Assembly (NCBI RefSeq): GCF_004010195.1
Contig: NC_057718.1
Span: forward strand, 33,751,851-33,815,850
Direction of reading: 5' to 3'
DNA length: 64,000 bases
Origin: Chiloscyllium plagiosum
Lineage: Eukaryota
Part shown: one piece after another, positions 24,201-37,381 of the stretch
How the letters are laid out: every line of letters begins with the position of its first letter
How positions within the stretch are numbered: position 1 is the stretch's first letter
Translations under genes and position numbers: made by a program
The notes under the pieces: model-generated
Seen by the model: only the letters and a program-made list of their open reading frames with translations
Database searches by the model: none
Told to the model about the DNA's origin: nothing

Positions 24201-24468
24201 AGTAATAGTGTGTATTTGAAGGATGGAATTTTAATAGCCACAAATTGTGAACATTCTTTTCACTTCTGTAACCTGGGAGTTTGGTGGGTTTTATGCTCTT
24301 CTGTGTTAAATTTATCTAATATCACTTATTAATGTGAATTAACCAAAATGTTCCTTTGGCTAAATATTAGGAATCCCATCAAGTGATAACACTGTTGTAC
24401 CGTATCTCTTCATTTTACCCATCATGATTGTAGATATTCATTCTTGTTCCCTTACCCAATGTATGTAG

Positions 24469-24600
24469 TGACTCTGGTATGCTGAAGCTCCATCCTAGTT
24501 TGTTCCTGTTGCTGCTTGTTCTGGGTCGGTTATATCCATCGCCCTTAGATGGCACTTCCTCAGCTCTCAGTCTGGCACCCTTTGTGCCCTTCATCATAAG
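24469..24600 (+). CDS. THADA: THADA internal coding exon (132 nt, phase 2/2)
   Basis: Acceptor AG 24467-24468 and donor GTAAGG at 24601. Translates (S)DSGMLKLHPSLFLLLLVLGRLYPSPLDGTSSALSLAPFVPFII(R), joins the previous exon in frame (AG+T=Ser) and matches recalled THADA HPSMFLLLLVLERLYASPMDGTSSALSMGPFVPFIMR. Confidence 0.95.
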
Positions 24601-25574
24601 GTAAGGCATCTATTATAAGTAAGCTTTTGAATTACGAATGTGATACACCACAAAATGTGCTTTTATATATTTTATCTCTTTCTTTTAACTAAGTTATTTT
24701 TCATGTTTTTATGACAAGATGGGAAAGCAAACAATTATGCACCTGTATGTATTACCATTATCTATGTTTAGGTCTATTGTATAGTTAATATCATATAAAT
24801 TATCTTCACTAGTATATAGCTGAGTGAATATTGAGTTCCAATTGCAAAAATTGCTACTGTACTAATCTGCATTGCTCAAACATAGTAGATCAATCACCTC
24901 TTTTGAGCTATGGAGTAATAAAATGCGTTATGCTCGAACAGTATGGCATCAAGTCTGACGCTGTGGTATGTAGGTTGTACAGACATTGAATGTTAGAATA
25001 AGAAACAAATCTAACAAGTTATTTACATAAGGATGTTGAAACTATCCATTCAGTTGATATATATGAAGTTACTTGAGCCTTGGAAAACTTCAACAAATAA
25101 GAGTAAACTGTTAATGGTCAGCACTAACTTCAGAAGGCTTTCTGTGTAACTTTGAATGTTAATTGAAAAATAAATATTAGCATAATTCTATTCTTAGATA
25201 AATTAGCGTACATTAATGAACAGTTTGCATTCAAAAGTTTTGCTTTATTTTGACTAATGAAAATAACATTTAGGAATGGCATTAACCTTAAACATGATTC
25301 TTGAAGTCTCGTTGTCATTTAATCTAATCATTGAAATTGCTTTTACTTTTCATTTCCTAAGTTACAAATGCAGAGCCTTTTAAAGCTGGCTGAAGTATCA
25401 TTGATAATTGGCCAGAAAATCTATATATGCTTTTCTGTATCAATTTCATTTTTTTAAAAATCTGTGGATTTGTGATAGTTTGCAATTTTGAGAAACAAAC
25501 AAGGAGCAGCTATTGAACAAAATGTGCATATTTGCATTCCTGCTTTTAGAAACAATGCATTTGAATTTGAATCT

Positions 25575-25950
25575 ATAAGTGGTGAATGCAAGCACAGTTA
25601 CAATGTTTAAAAGACATTTCGATAAATACATGAATAAGAAAGGTTTGGAAGGATATGGGCGAGGAGCAGGCAAGTGGGACTAGTTTTAGTTTGGGATTAC
25701 ATTCGACATGGACTGGTTGGATCGAAGGGTCTGTTTCCGTAGTAGGTCTAAGGAATTTACTAACCAAAGAACGAAGTCAATATCAAAACATTGCATGATT
25801 TTAAGAAGGATTTGGACATTGCAATTCGGGCTAAAGGGATTAAAGAATATGGGGGAAATGTGGAAACAGGCTTTGGAGTTCAATGATCATAATGAATGGT
25901 GGAGCAGACTTAAAGGGCTGTGAGGCCTACTCCTCCTATTTTCTATGTTG
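25575..25950 (+). mobile_element. Two CR1/HER1 3'-end fragments
   Basis: gtggtgaatgcaagcacagttacaatgtttaaaagacatt...gaagggtctgtttccgt; second tail ggtggagcagacttaaagggct...cctactcct. Confidence 0.75.
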
Positions 25951-26069
25951 CCATCCACAAAATGCATTGCAGCAAATCATAAAGGTTCCATCAGCAGCAT
26001 CTTCCAAATCCATGATCTCTCCAAACCACAAGGACATGAACAGCAAATCCATGGGACATCACTATCTGT

Positions 26070-26179
26070 GCAGCGCTCCAAAAGCTTGTACTTCCAAATA
26101 AACCTGTTGGACTGTCATCTGGTGTTTTATGATTTTTAACTTTGTCCACCCTAGTCCAACGCCGGCATCTCCACATCAT
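26070..26179 (+). mobile_element. Penelope pLTR 3' fragment of a third family, starting inside the hammerhead stem II
   Basis: gcagcgctccaaaagcttgtacttccaaataaacctgttggact...ccggcatctccacatcat; recognised from recall of shark repeats, and the CTGATGA half is missing. Confidence 0.5.
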
Positions 26180-26697
26180 ATTTTAAAACTAGTAGAATTA
26201 TGGTTCGTGGCCCCAAAGTGCTCCCCTGCTGACACCTCAGTCACTTGCCCTGCCTTCTACTTATTCCATAGGAATGATCCTGACATTCTAATTGTTTATC
26301 ATTTCACTAAACCACCTTGCACCCATTTCTGTCCTACATCAGCTACAGTGTTCCAACAAAACTCAATGCACGCTGGAAAAGCAACATCTCAGTTTTCGCT
26401 TAGGTAGGATACAGCTTCTCGGATTCAGTATCAAGTACTACAACTTCAAACCATGACCTCTATCCTTTATTTTTCTTAGAGCCTCCCCACCTCCAATTGC
26501 AGTGTCTGGTTTATGCCTTTGCTCTCAGCAGAGCAGATCCACTTTCTCCTTTTCACAACTTCATTTATACCCATTTTACATCTTTCTACCTCTACTATTA
26601 TTAGAACTCCTTCAAGCTTTTGCTGTAGGCACTTTCACAATGTGTTCCACTTACTCCATGTTCCCCTTAATCAAAAACATAAAAATCAGGAATTTTC

Positions 26698-26796
26698 AGT
26701 TCTGAAGAAAAATCAGATCTGCTTCAAAATGTTAACTCTGTTTCTCTCTCCACAGATACTGCCAGACCTGAACTTCTCCAACACTTTCTGGTTTCA
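26698..26796 (+). mobile_element. Older short Penelope-derived element, decayed hammerhead
   Basis: gttCTGAAGAaaa...caaaatgttaactctgtttctctctccacagatactgccagacctg; homologous to the copies at 17592 and 23972. Confidence 0.6.
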
Positions 26797-28492
26797 CGAA
26801 CATATGCCTTCTCTGTGTCATCCTCAGTAAAATAAGAAAGAAGAAAATTGTTGTGAAGTACTTCAAACAATTTTGATTAAGTTCCATTAAAAAATGTCTG
26901 GAGTAACTGCAATTTGCAAATCTAGCATGCCATGACAAATAGAAAAGCTGCTTAGGAACAATCAGTGATTTCATTTCACTTTTATCAATTAACTTGACCC
27001 CATGAATCAATGAATTTAGATAAATACACCTGTGCCACTCTGCATGGTCTAAGCAACTGCACCGAACAAACTGGCATTAATCCAGAAAATTTGGGATTGC
27101 TATTGACTCCGGAATCAATTTCACACAGTTTTCACAAGGCTGATCATGAAGAAATGCAAAAGTTAAAGCAAATGATATATAACCATAAAACTTATGCCAT
27201 AATCTCCTATCAGTTTTACAGTAGGAAATTAAACCAATGTTACAGATATTTAATTAAAAGACACAAATCTGTGGGGGAAAAAAAGGGCTGCTTTTTCATA
27301 TGATATACAGAAAAATTACTCACCAGGAAGATAGGATGAGAATCATCTAGAAAAAATCCATTAACCGAGGCATACGTCCAGAGAATAATTGTGTATAATG
27401 TACCCGAAAGCAAATTACATCTGTACATTTGATAAACCAGTCTGCACTGCCCAAATTCATCGAACTTGATGAACAGTTAAAATGCTGTGATTATCATTGA
27501 TGTCAGAAGTTTGGGAGAGGCAGATTCATCTGGAGTTTCCATTCCTTAGCTGTATGTTAAATTAAGAAGCTAGAAAAGCTGAAGGAAAGGGGAGTATTGA
27601 ACTAGCACCAACTCATGGCTGAAGTGGTAATTTTGGGTTCCTGGCAGCATTATTGGCATCTGTTGGTGAGGTTCAGCAAGGATTCATAGTGGCGAGGGTG
27701 TCAGTGGAGGTGAGATGGCGTCAAAGAGTGGTGACTTCTTTTGCAGTGGCAGCAATGTAGCAAAGAGTCTCATGCTTGGTCACCACCCATCCAAGATGGA
27801 GGACGGGAAAGAATTGTGGCTGTAACAGCTGCTGCTTTTTGAGATATTGGAGGTAATTTCCTCGAATTCCAGGAGCAGTAATCACTGTTTTACAAGCTGT
27901 TGCATTGTTTTGAAACTTTGGGGGGAATAAACTCAAAATAATGGCACTTTAAAAAGGAAGAAGACAGACAAAGGCAGAGACCACATGGTAAGAGAAGGAA
28001 ACCTACACTGCTCTCTCACACAATAGTGAATCTGCACAGCTACTGCCTTTGCTGTTTGAGTTCAAGTATCTCTGGACATTGGAGTGCATCTAACAAAAAT
28101 TAATAAACAGCACAATTCACAGCTGACCTTGGAGGAACCTGTGTAGGTGAGCTCAGCAAGAGAGAAGCTAATTGCATGGTTTTAAGTGTAACCTTGCTGT
28201 AGATCTACAACCGTGAGTACAGTGGGGTTTTCTTTGATGATATGTTTTATTCAGATCTGTCTTGATTAAATTTTGAAAATATAAAATGTATGTACTACGT
28301 TAGCCTGGAGAAGTATTTTTTAGAGCAGTAAGATGGTGCTATTTTCTGGATCTGTAGATTGTTAAGGAGCAAACATGGCCTTGAGTAGAGTGGTGTGCTC
28401 TTCCTGACAAATGTGGGAGATTAGGGAGAGTTTCCATGTTACTGATGGTCATGTGTTCAAAAAGTGTCTTTGGTTGGGAATCCTATCAGATT

Positions 28493-28640
28493 AGGAGAAA
28501 GTGAGGACTGCGGATGCTGGCGATCAGAGCTGAAAATATGTTGCTGGAAAAGCGCAGCAGGTCAGGCAGCATCCTGATTCTCCTGCTCCTTGGATGCTGC
28601 CTGACCTGCTGCGCTTTTCCAGCAACACATTTTCAGTTTC
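28493..28640. mobile_element. Fold-back Penelope-derived mini-element inserted in LINE ORF1
   Basis: Inverted arms; perfect 14-bp TSD aatcctatcagatt at 28479-28492 and 28641-28654. Confidence 0.9.
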
Positions 28641-30665
28641 AATCCTATCAGATTGCATGGATCGGTTAGAGCAGCAGTTAGAGGCGATGAGGAATGTACA
28701 GAAGCTAGGGAGTATGATGGATAGTAGTTATAAGAAGGGAGGAAAACCACAGATTCAGTCAGGTAGATGGGTTAACCCCAGAAAAGGTAGGAGAGGGAAG
28801 CAGGTAGTGCAGGAGTCTCCTGTGGCTATCGCTTTCTCAAACAAGTATGTTGTTTTGGAAAATGTAGGGGCTGATGGATTTGTAGGGGAATGTAGCAAGA
28901 ACTGCCAAGTTTCTGATACCGAGACTGGCTCTAACCTAACAAGAGGTACATCAGGTTCCAAGCAATCAATTGTGATAGGGGATTCTCTAGTCAGAGGCAC
29001 GGACAGACATTTCTGCGGCCGGCAGACAGAAATCAGAATCGTGTGTTGCCTCCCTGGTATCAGGATCAAGGATATCTCAGAAAGAGTGCAGAATATTCTC
29101 AAAGGGGAGAGGGACCAGCAGGAGGTCATTGTACACGTTGGAACGAATGACTTAGGAAGGGAGAAGAATGAGATTCTGAAGAGAGAATGTAGGAAATGAG
29201 GCAAGAATTTAAAAAGGTGGTCCACAAGGATAGTAATATCTGGATTATTCCCAGTGCCATGAGCTAATGCGGGGAGGAATAAGAGGAGGGAGCAGACGAA
29301 TGCATGACTGAGGAGCTGGTGCAGGGGAGAAAGGTTCACATTTTTAGATCATTGGAATCTGTTCTGGGGTCGAAGTGACCTGAACAAGAAGGACAGACTC
29401 ACCTGAATTGGAAGGGGACTAACATACTGGTAGGGAGATTTGCCAGAGCTACTCAGGAGAATTTAAACTTGTAAGGTGGGTGGGTGGGACACCGGAAGAT
29501 AGTAAGAAAAGAGATCAGTCTGAAACTGGCACAGTTGGGAAAAGGAACAAGTCAAATAGTCATGGCAGATGGGAACAAAGCAGAGATGAATTAGGACCAA
29601 TAATTAAGCTGCATTTATTTGAATGTAAATGGACTAACAGATGACATTGTTAGGAATATGGGACTGGGAAATCATAGCAATTACATTGACATGGCGCAGG
29701 GATGGACAGGACTGGCAGCTTAATGTTCCAGGAAGCAAATGCTATAGGAAGGATAGAAAGGGGGACAAGAGAGGAGGGGGAGTGGCGTTTTTAATAAGGG
29801 ATAACATTAAGCCTGTACTTAGGGAGGATATTTCTGGGAATACAACCAGGGGAGTTATTTGGATGGAACTGAGAAATAAGAAAGGGATGATCACCTTATT
29901 GGGATTGTACTATAGAAGTCGCAATCCTCAGTGGGAAATTAAGAAACAAATTTGTAAGGAGATCACAGTTATCCGTAAAATTAATAGGGTGGTTATTGTT
30001 TATGGTTGAGATGGAGAGGAATTTGTTAAGTGCATACAAGACAATTTTCTGATTCAATATGTGGATGTACCTTCTAGAGAAGATGCAAAACTTGACCTAC
30101 TCTTGGGAAATAGGCAGGGCAGGTGACTGAAGTGTCAATGGAGGAGCACTTTGGGGCCAGCGACTATAATTCTTTTAGATTTAAAATAGTGATGGAAAAG
30201 GATAGACCAGATCTAAAAGTTGAAGTTCTAAATTGGAGAATGGCCAATTTTCACGGTATTCAGCAAGAACTTTCAAAAGCTGATTGGGGGCAGATATTTG
30301 CAGATAAAGAGACGGCTGGAAAATGGGATGCCTTCAGAAATGAGATAACGAGAGTCCAGAGAAAGTATATTCCTGTTAGGGTGAAAGGAAAGGCTGGTAG
30401 GTATAGGGAATGCTGGATGACTAAAGAAATTGAGGATTTGGTTAAGAAAAAGAAGGAAGCATATGTCAGGTATAGACAGGATAGATCGAGTGAATCCTTA
30501 GAAGAGTATAAAGGCAGTAGGAGTATACTTAAGAGGGAAATCGTGTGGGCAAAACGGGGACATGAGATAGCTTTGGCAAATAGAATTAAGGAGAATCCAA
30601 GGGTTTTTACAAATATATTAAGGACAAAGGGTAACTGGGGAGAGAATAGGGCCCCTCAAAGATCA

Positions 30666-30785
30666 ACTCGGAGAAAGTGAGGACTGCAGATGCTGGAGAA
30701 AGAAGGCCTTATGCCTGAAACGTCGATTCTCCTGCTCCTTGGATGCTGCCTGACTTGCTGCGCTTTTCCAGCAACACATTTTTCA
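30666..30785. mobile_element. Fold-back Penelope-derived mini-element inserted in LINE ORF2
   Basis: Contains agaaggccttatgcctGAAACGTCga; perfect 14-bp TSD cccctcaaagatca at 30652-30665 and 30786-30799; the paralogous LINE at 1336-1668 is uninterrupted (GPLKDQQG). Confidence 0.9.
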
Positions 30786-33700
30786 CCCCTCAAAGATCAG
30801 CAAGGCAACCTTTGTGTGGAGCTGTAGAAAATGGGGTAGATACTAAACGAGGGTTTTGCATCAGTTTTTACTGTGGAAAAGGACTTGGAAGATATAGACT
30901 GTAGGGAAATAGATGATATCATCTTGAAAAATGTCCATATTACTGAGGAGGAAATGCTGGATGTCTTGAAATGCATAAAAGTGAATAAATCCCCAGGACC
31001 TGATCAGGTGTACCCTAGAACATTGGGAACCTAGGGAAGTGATTGCTGAGCCTCTTACTAAGATATTTTTATCATCGATAGTCACAAGTGAGGTGCTGGA
31101 AGTAGGCTAAGGTGGTGCCACTGTTTAAGAAAGGTGGTAAGGACAAGCCAGTGAACTACAGACCAGTGAGCCTGACGTCTGTGGTGGGCAAGTTGTTGGA
31201 GGGAATCCTGCGGGACAGGATGTACGTGTATTTGGAAAGGCAAGGACTGATTAGGAATAGTCAACATGGCTTTGTGTGTGGGAAATCATGTCTCACAAAC
31301 ATGTTTGAGTTTTTTGAAGAAGTAACAAAGATTGATGAGGGCGGAGCGGTAGGTATGATCTATATGCACTTCAGTAAAGTGTTCGACCAGATTCCCCATG
31401 GGAGACTGGTTAGCAAGGTTAGATCTCACGGAATACAGGGAGAATTGGCAATTTGGATACAGAACTGGCTCAAAGGTAGAAGACAGAGGGTGGTGGTGGT
31501 GGAGGGTTGTTTTTCAGACTGGAGGCCTGTGACCAGTGGAGTGCTACAAGGATTGGTGCTGGGTCCATTACTGGTCTTCATTTATGTGAATAATTTGGAT
31601 GTGAGCATAAGAGGTACAGTTAGTAAGTTTGCAGATGACACCAAAATTGGAGGTGTAGTGGACAGCGAAGAGGGTTACCTCAGATTACAACAGGATCTTG
31701 ATCAGATGGGCTAATGGGCTGAGAAGTGGCAGATGGAGTTTAATTTAAATAAATGTGAGGTGCTGCATTTTGGGAAAGCAAATCTTACCATTAAGTGTAT
31801 GAGTCCTGCTAAGGTCCTAGGGAGTATTGCTGAACAAAGAGACCTTGGAGTGCAGGTTCATAGCTCCTTGAAAGTGGAGTTGCAGATAGATAAGATAGTA
31901 AAGGTGGCGTTTTTGGTAGGCTTTCCTTTATTGGTCAGAGTATTGAATACAGGAGTTGGGAGGTCATGTTGAGTCTGTACAGGACATTAGTAGGCCACTG
32001 TTGGAATATTGCATGCAATTCTGGTCTCCTGCATATTGGAAGGATGTTGTGCAATTTGGAAGGGTTCAGAAAAGATTTACAAGGATGTTGCCGGGGTTGA
32101 AGGATTTGAGCTATAGGGAGAGTTTGAATAGACTAGGGCTGTCTTATCTGGAGCATCGGAGGCTGAGGGGTGACCTTCTAGGTGTTTATAAAATCATGAG
32201 GGGCATGGATAGGACAAATAGACAAAGTCTTTTCCCGGGGTGGGGGAGTCCAGAATTAGAGGTAATAGGTTTAGGATGAGAGGGGAAAGATCTAAAAGAG
32301 ACGTAAGGGGCAACTTTTTCACGCAGAGGGTGGTGCGTATATGGAATGAGCTGCCAGAGGAAGTGATGGAGGCTGGTACAATTGCAACATTTAATAGGCA
32401 TCTGGATGAGTATATGAATAGGAAGGGTTTGAAGGGATATGAGCTGGGTGCTGGCAGGTGGGACTAGATTGGGTTGGGGTATCTGGTCGGCATTGACGAT
32501 TGGCTTGAAGGGTCTGTTTCTGTGCTGTACATTTCTAATGCTCGGCCATTTTGAATCTTCACCACCTCTTAATATGATCATGGCTGATCATCCAACTGGA
32601 TACCCTATTTCTGCTTTCTCCTCATACCCTTCAATTGATTTGACCCTAAGGGGAATGGAGGTGCTAGGATGGGGAATACCTAGTTGGATGGGGTGTAGAG
32701 AATGGACTGGAGTTTTGAGAAAAAGACTAATAGTGTACCGTGGAGAGCACGAGCAAGTGGTGATAAAAGGAAGAGCAAAGGTGGCAGGACTACGGTCTAT
32801 AACAAAAATACTATAATCATATTAAAATTGCTTATAGTGATTACAAAACCAAATACAACTAGTGCTGATAACACTGTCATGATCACTGCAATGAATCATT
32901 CACATGAAATTATCATATTTGCAATTCAACTTTACAAAAAACAGGAGAACTCAGCCTTCTTTTTTAAGCAGCCTGCAGCTGGGATTTAGGAAAGTCTTGA
33001 TCTGAGTTTTTTTCTTTCTCTTGATTACTTAAGGGTTGATCAAGCTTTTATTTCAACTTACTTTAGCTTCAGTCAGTTTCTGGTGGTTTTAGTTGATCAC
33101 TGCTGAGTGCTTGAAAGGAAAATAGTTGTTTGCATTGATGTGCTTGGAGCATTGTGTTCATTGATTCTAATAGATCACTACAAGATGATGACTGAATGAA
33201 CAATTTGGAACCCAGATTGGACACTTTTAAGCACAGATGATCACAGACCATGTGATCAAAAGCAGAATTATGTTGGGGTTTTTTTCTGATGCGACTATCA
33301 TCCTTGAATGCAAGGGTGTAACTCAATGTTAGACGACAAATTTGATGGATAGTTATTTCCTACTGCTGCTGCGTGATCACTGCCTTGAAGGTAAGATGAA
33401 AAGCAATTGTCAGCATTTATTCATTGTTTTCTCTTGTGGTAAAGAAAAACACAATGTTCTCACTAGGGTATATCAAAGAAGTGAATTAAAAAAAAAGGTA
33501 GAGACACTGGGAGAAGCTTTTTCAGAGGTTTAAACTCAAGGATGAGAATTTAAATCATAAAACATTGGAGCCCAGATGGCACATATAAGCCATAATTATG
33601 GACAAGGCTGATGCTTTAGTTGGATTTGGTGCCTGGTAGGATAAAAACAACAATTTTGATTGAACTTAAGATTAAGGAGAGTAAAATATTAGAGACTGGC

Positions 33701-33924
33701 CAGGACGGTATTGGAGTCCTTGATTCTTTGGATGGTAAAAGCATGGATTGATGTTTGGCAGCTGGGTTGATATAGGGATATGTATGGATAACATTATAGA
33801 AGGGGGTATGAATAGTCTTGATGGAAAGGATGCAGGATCAAAAGTTCTGAACAGGATTGAAAACAGAATGGTGAGCATGCAAATGATCTTGTTCACTCTG
33901 CGGTGTGAGGGAATGGCATAAGAC

Positions 33925-36320
33925 CGTATGATCATAAGACATAGGAATGGAAGTAAGGCCATTTGGCCCATAAAGACATTTAACATCCTGGTCTCCACTG
34001 CACTCCATGGCAATGAAATCCACAGGCCCACCACTCTCTGGCTGAAGAAGTGTCTCCTCATTTCTGTTCTGAATTGACCCCCTCTAATTTTAAGGCTGTG
34101 CTCACGGGTCCTAGTCTCCCTGTCTAAGGGAAACAAATACCCTGCGTCCACCATTTCTAAGCCATGCCTCATCTTGTAAGTTTCCATTAGATCTCCACTC
34201 CACCTTCTATGTTCTAATGAATACGATCCCAGGATCTTCATCTGTTCATCGTATGTTAGGCCTACCGTTCCAGGGATCATCCGTGTGAATCTCCGGTATG
34301 TCATTCCTGAGGTGTGGGTCCCAAAATTAGATGCAGTATTCTAAAAAGTCTCAGAAGCACGTCACTGCTTTTATATTCCAACCCTCTTGAGATAAATGGC
34401 AACATTACATTTGCTTTCTTAATCACAGACTCAACCTGCAAGTCAACTAGAGAATCCTGGACCAGCACTCCCAGATCCCTTTGTACTTTGGCTTTATGAA
34501 TTTTCTCATCGTTTTTAGAAAATAGTCCATGCCTGTATTCTTTTTTTCCAAAGTGCAAGACCTCACATTTGCTCACATTGAATTGCATCTTCTAAACTGC
34601 CTAAATCTTTCTGCAGCCTCCCCACCTTCTCAGTACTATCTGCCTGTCCGCTTAACTTCGTATCATCGGTGAACTTCACCAAAATGCCCCCAGTCCCTTC
34701 ATCTACATCATTAACATGTAAAGTGAACAGCTGCGGCCCCAACACTGAACACTGCGAGACCCCACTTGTCACCAGCTGCCATTCCGAAAAAGAGCCTTTT
34801 ATCCAACTCTCTGCCTTCTGTCAGACAGCCAATCGTCAATGCATGCCAGTAGCTCACCTCGAACACCATGGAAGTCTAGATAGATAACATGTACTGGGTT
34901 TCCCTGGTCAAACCTACTTCTTACCTCTTCAAAGAATTCTAACAGGTTTGTCAGGCATGTCCTCCTCTTACTAAATCCATGCTGACTTTTTCTAAACTGA
35001 CCCTGCACTTCCAAGAATTTAGAAATCTCATCCGTAACGATGGATTCTCTGATTTTATCTACAACCGAGGTTTCGGCCAATCGGCCTATAATTTTACATC
35101 TTTTGTCTTGATCATTCCTTGAATAAGGGGGTTACTACAGCAATTTTCCAATCATCTGGAATTTTCCCTGACTCCAGTGATATTTGAAAGATCACAACCA
35201 ATGCCTGTGCTATTTCCTCAGCCAACTCTCTCAGAACTCTAGGATGTCACCCATCGGGGCCAGGAGATTTATCAATTTTTTGACCTTTTAGCTTTTCTAG
35301 CACTTTGTCTTTTGTAGTATACTACCATACTCAACTCTGCCCCCTCACTCTCCTTAATTGTTGGGATATTACTTATGTCTTCCACTGTGAAGACTGACAC
35401 AAAGTACTTATTATTTCTTCAGCGATTTCCTTATCTCCTGCATCAATTTGGAGCGGCACAATTTCTACTTTTGCCTCTCATTTGTTTCTTCTGTATTGAA
35501 AGAAACTTTTACTGTCGTTTCTAATATTACTGGCTAGCTTACCTTCATATTTGATACCGTCCTTCCTTATTTCTCTTTGTTATCCTCTTTGTTTTTTGTA
35601 GTCTTCCCAATCTTCTGATTTCCCAGTGCTCTTGGCCACTTTATCGGCTCTCGCTTTTTCTATGATATATTTCCTGACTTCCTTGTCAGCCATGGCTGTC
35701 TAATTGCCCCCATCCACCCTCCATTTCCCGCCGGATAATCTTTCTTTTCTTTGGGATGAACCTCTGTACTGTGTCCTCAATTACACCTAGAAACTCCTGT
35801 TGCTCTAATGCCTTCCCCACTAGGCTCTGCTTCCAGTCTATTTTCGTCAGTTCCTCTCTCGTGCCCTCATAATTACCATTATTTAACTGTAACACCATTA
35901 CATCGGATTTTGCCTTCTCTCTTTCAAACTGCAGACTGAACTCTACCATATTATGATCGCTGCTTCCTAAGTGTTCCCTTACTTTAAGATCTTTTATAAA
36001 GTCTGGCTCATTACATAGCACTAAGTCCAGAATAGCCTGTTCCCTTGTGGGCCCCATCACAAGCTGTTCCAAAAAGCCATCCTGTAAGCATTCCATGAAT
36101 TCCCTTTCTTTGATTCACCGGCAGCATTATTCACTCAGTCCATTTGCATATTGAAGATCCCCATGATCACCGTGACCTTGCCTTTCTGACATACCCTATC
36201 TATTTCCTGGTACCATCTTGCACCCCTGGTCCTGACCACTGCTGGGAAGTCTGTAAATAGCTCCCATTATGGATTTCTTGTTTTTGTGGTTCCTCGACTC
36301 CACATCATCTGACCCGATGT
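33925..36320 (-). mobile_element. CR1-type LINE, second subfamily, decayed APE-RT
   Basis: ECLQDGFLEQLV..AILDLVLCNE..GSSDHN; SQHGFSKRRTCLTNLLEFFEEV; KFTDDTK; FFSQRVVGLW. Confidence 0.9.
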
Positions 36321-36980
36321 CACTCGGGGACGGAGGCACTGAAAGGGTATGGATTTTGTGACAACTGCTAACTACTGGTTGTTTGGATTTTGCCAATTTT
36401 TAGCTGGCGACAATTGTGGCTTAGGCAGGATATATGTTGGACAAGCATTCTGGTAGCAAGGAGATGATGGGGGATTCAAGAGGATGATAGGGAAGGCAGT
36501 CTTTCTCGGAGTAGACTCGCCATCCAACTTTGAAAACTTGCCAATCTACCCTCTGACAATGGTTCCCAAGTGGCCAATTTGTGGAAGATCACAGCCTGTT
36601 TTCCCTACTGTATAAGTGACAGGGTCCTGAATCCACAAGAAAATTATTTCCTCTATTCAAAATGCAAGCTTTCATTTTGAGAAATCTGCTGTGTATTTCT
36701 AGAATATTAGACTTTTTAGAATTCTAGCATTTGAGAGCAACTTATTTCACATTTTTATAATAACCACAATTTAAGTGAAAGTGCACAGCTAATCTTTCCT
36801 CTTTCAATCTGGTGGGAGTACAGTTTGCATTGTTAAAATAAAATTTTACTTTGGTACTTAAAGTACTTGTGGAGAAGATATGATTGACAAGTTGAGGTCC
36901 AACATTCAACTGCTTCATCTAAGTCGGGCATTAATTTGAACTAAGATTTCTCTTCAGTCAGGAACTTTATTAGTACGTAA

Positions 36981-37290
36981 ATTAGATTAGATTAGATTCC
37001 CTACAGTGTGGAAACAGGCCCTTCGGCCCAACAAGTCCACACCGACCCACCGAAGCGTAACCCACCCAGACCCATTCTCCTACATTTACCCCTTCACCTA
37101 ACACGAAGGGCAATTCACCTGACCTGCGCATTTTTGGATTGTGGGAGGAAACCGGAGCACCCGGAGGAAACCCACGCAGACACGGGGAGAATGTGCAAAC
37201 TCCACAAAGAGAGTCGCCTGAGGTGGGAATTGAACCCGGGTCTCTGGCGCTGCGAGGCAGCAGTGCTAACCACTGTGCCACCGTGCCGCC
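36981..37290 (-). mobile_element. HE1 V-SINE, young full-length copy
   Basis: CpG-rich, ggcggcacggtggcacagtggttagcactgc head on the minus strand, (agatt)3 tail. Confidence 0.93.
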
Positions 37291-37381
37291 CACAAATCTT
37301 GAATATTGTTATGAAATGCGAATAGTAAAGCTTGGTCATTAATCATAAAATTGACAGATATAACTACTATTCTCTTGTTTA

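Larger units (their letters stand above)
27815..32535 (+). mobile_element. Near full-length decayed CR1/HER1 LINE: ORF1 (Cys motif + SGNH esterase) and ORF2 (APE + RT)
   Basis: ORF1 from ATG 28375 (MALSRVVCSS*QMWE) and IVIGDSLVRG..CCLPG..VHVGTND; ORF2 GGGVAFLIRD, GLYYR, SQHGFVCGKSCLTN, SKFADDTK, FFTQRVVRIWNELP; 3' tail at about 32510-32535. The 5' boundary is uncertain. Confidence 0.92.

Noticed and set aside
28594..29199. 201-aa ORF with GDSL/SGNH motif as a cellular esterase gene
   Set aside because: It is CR1 ORF1 debris; its start lies in an inserted mini-element and it is followed by stops and ORF2.
31112..31714. Reverse transcriptase ORF as a retron, DGR or other novel RT system
   Set aside because: Ordinary CR1 RT present in many decayed copies, in vertebrate intronic context.
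36982..37342. tRNA gene or overlapping ORFs
   Set aside because: The A/B boxes belong to the HE1 SINE head; no full cloverleaf, and the body and tail are SINE.
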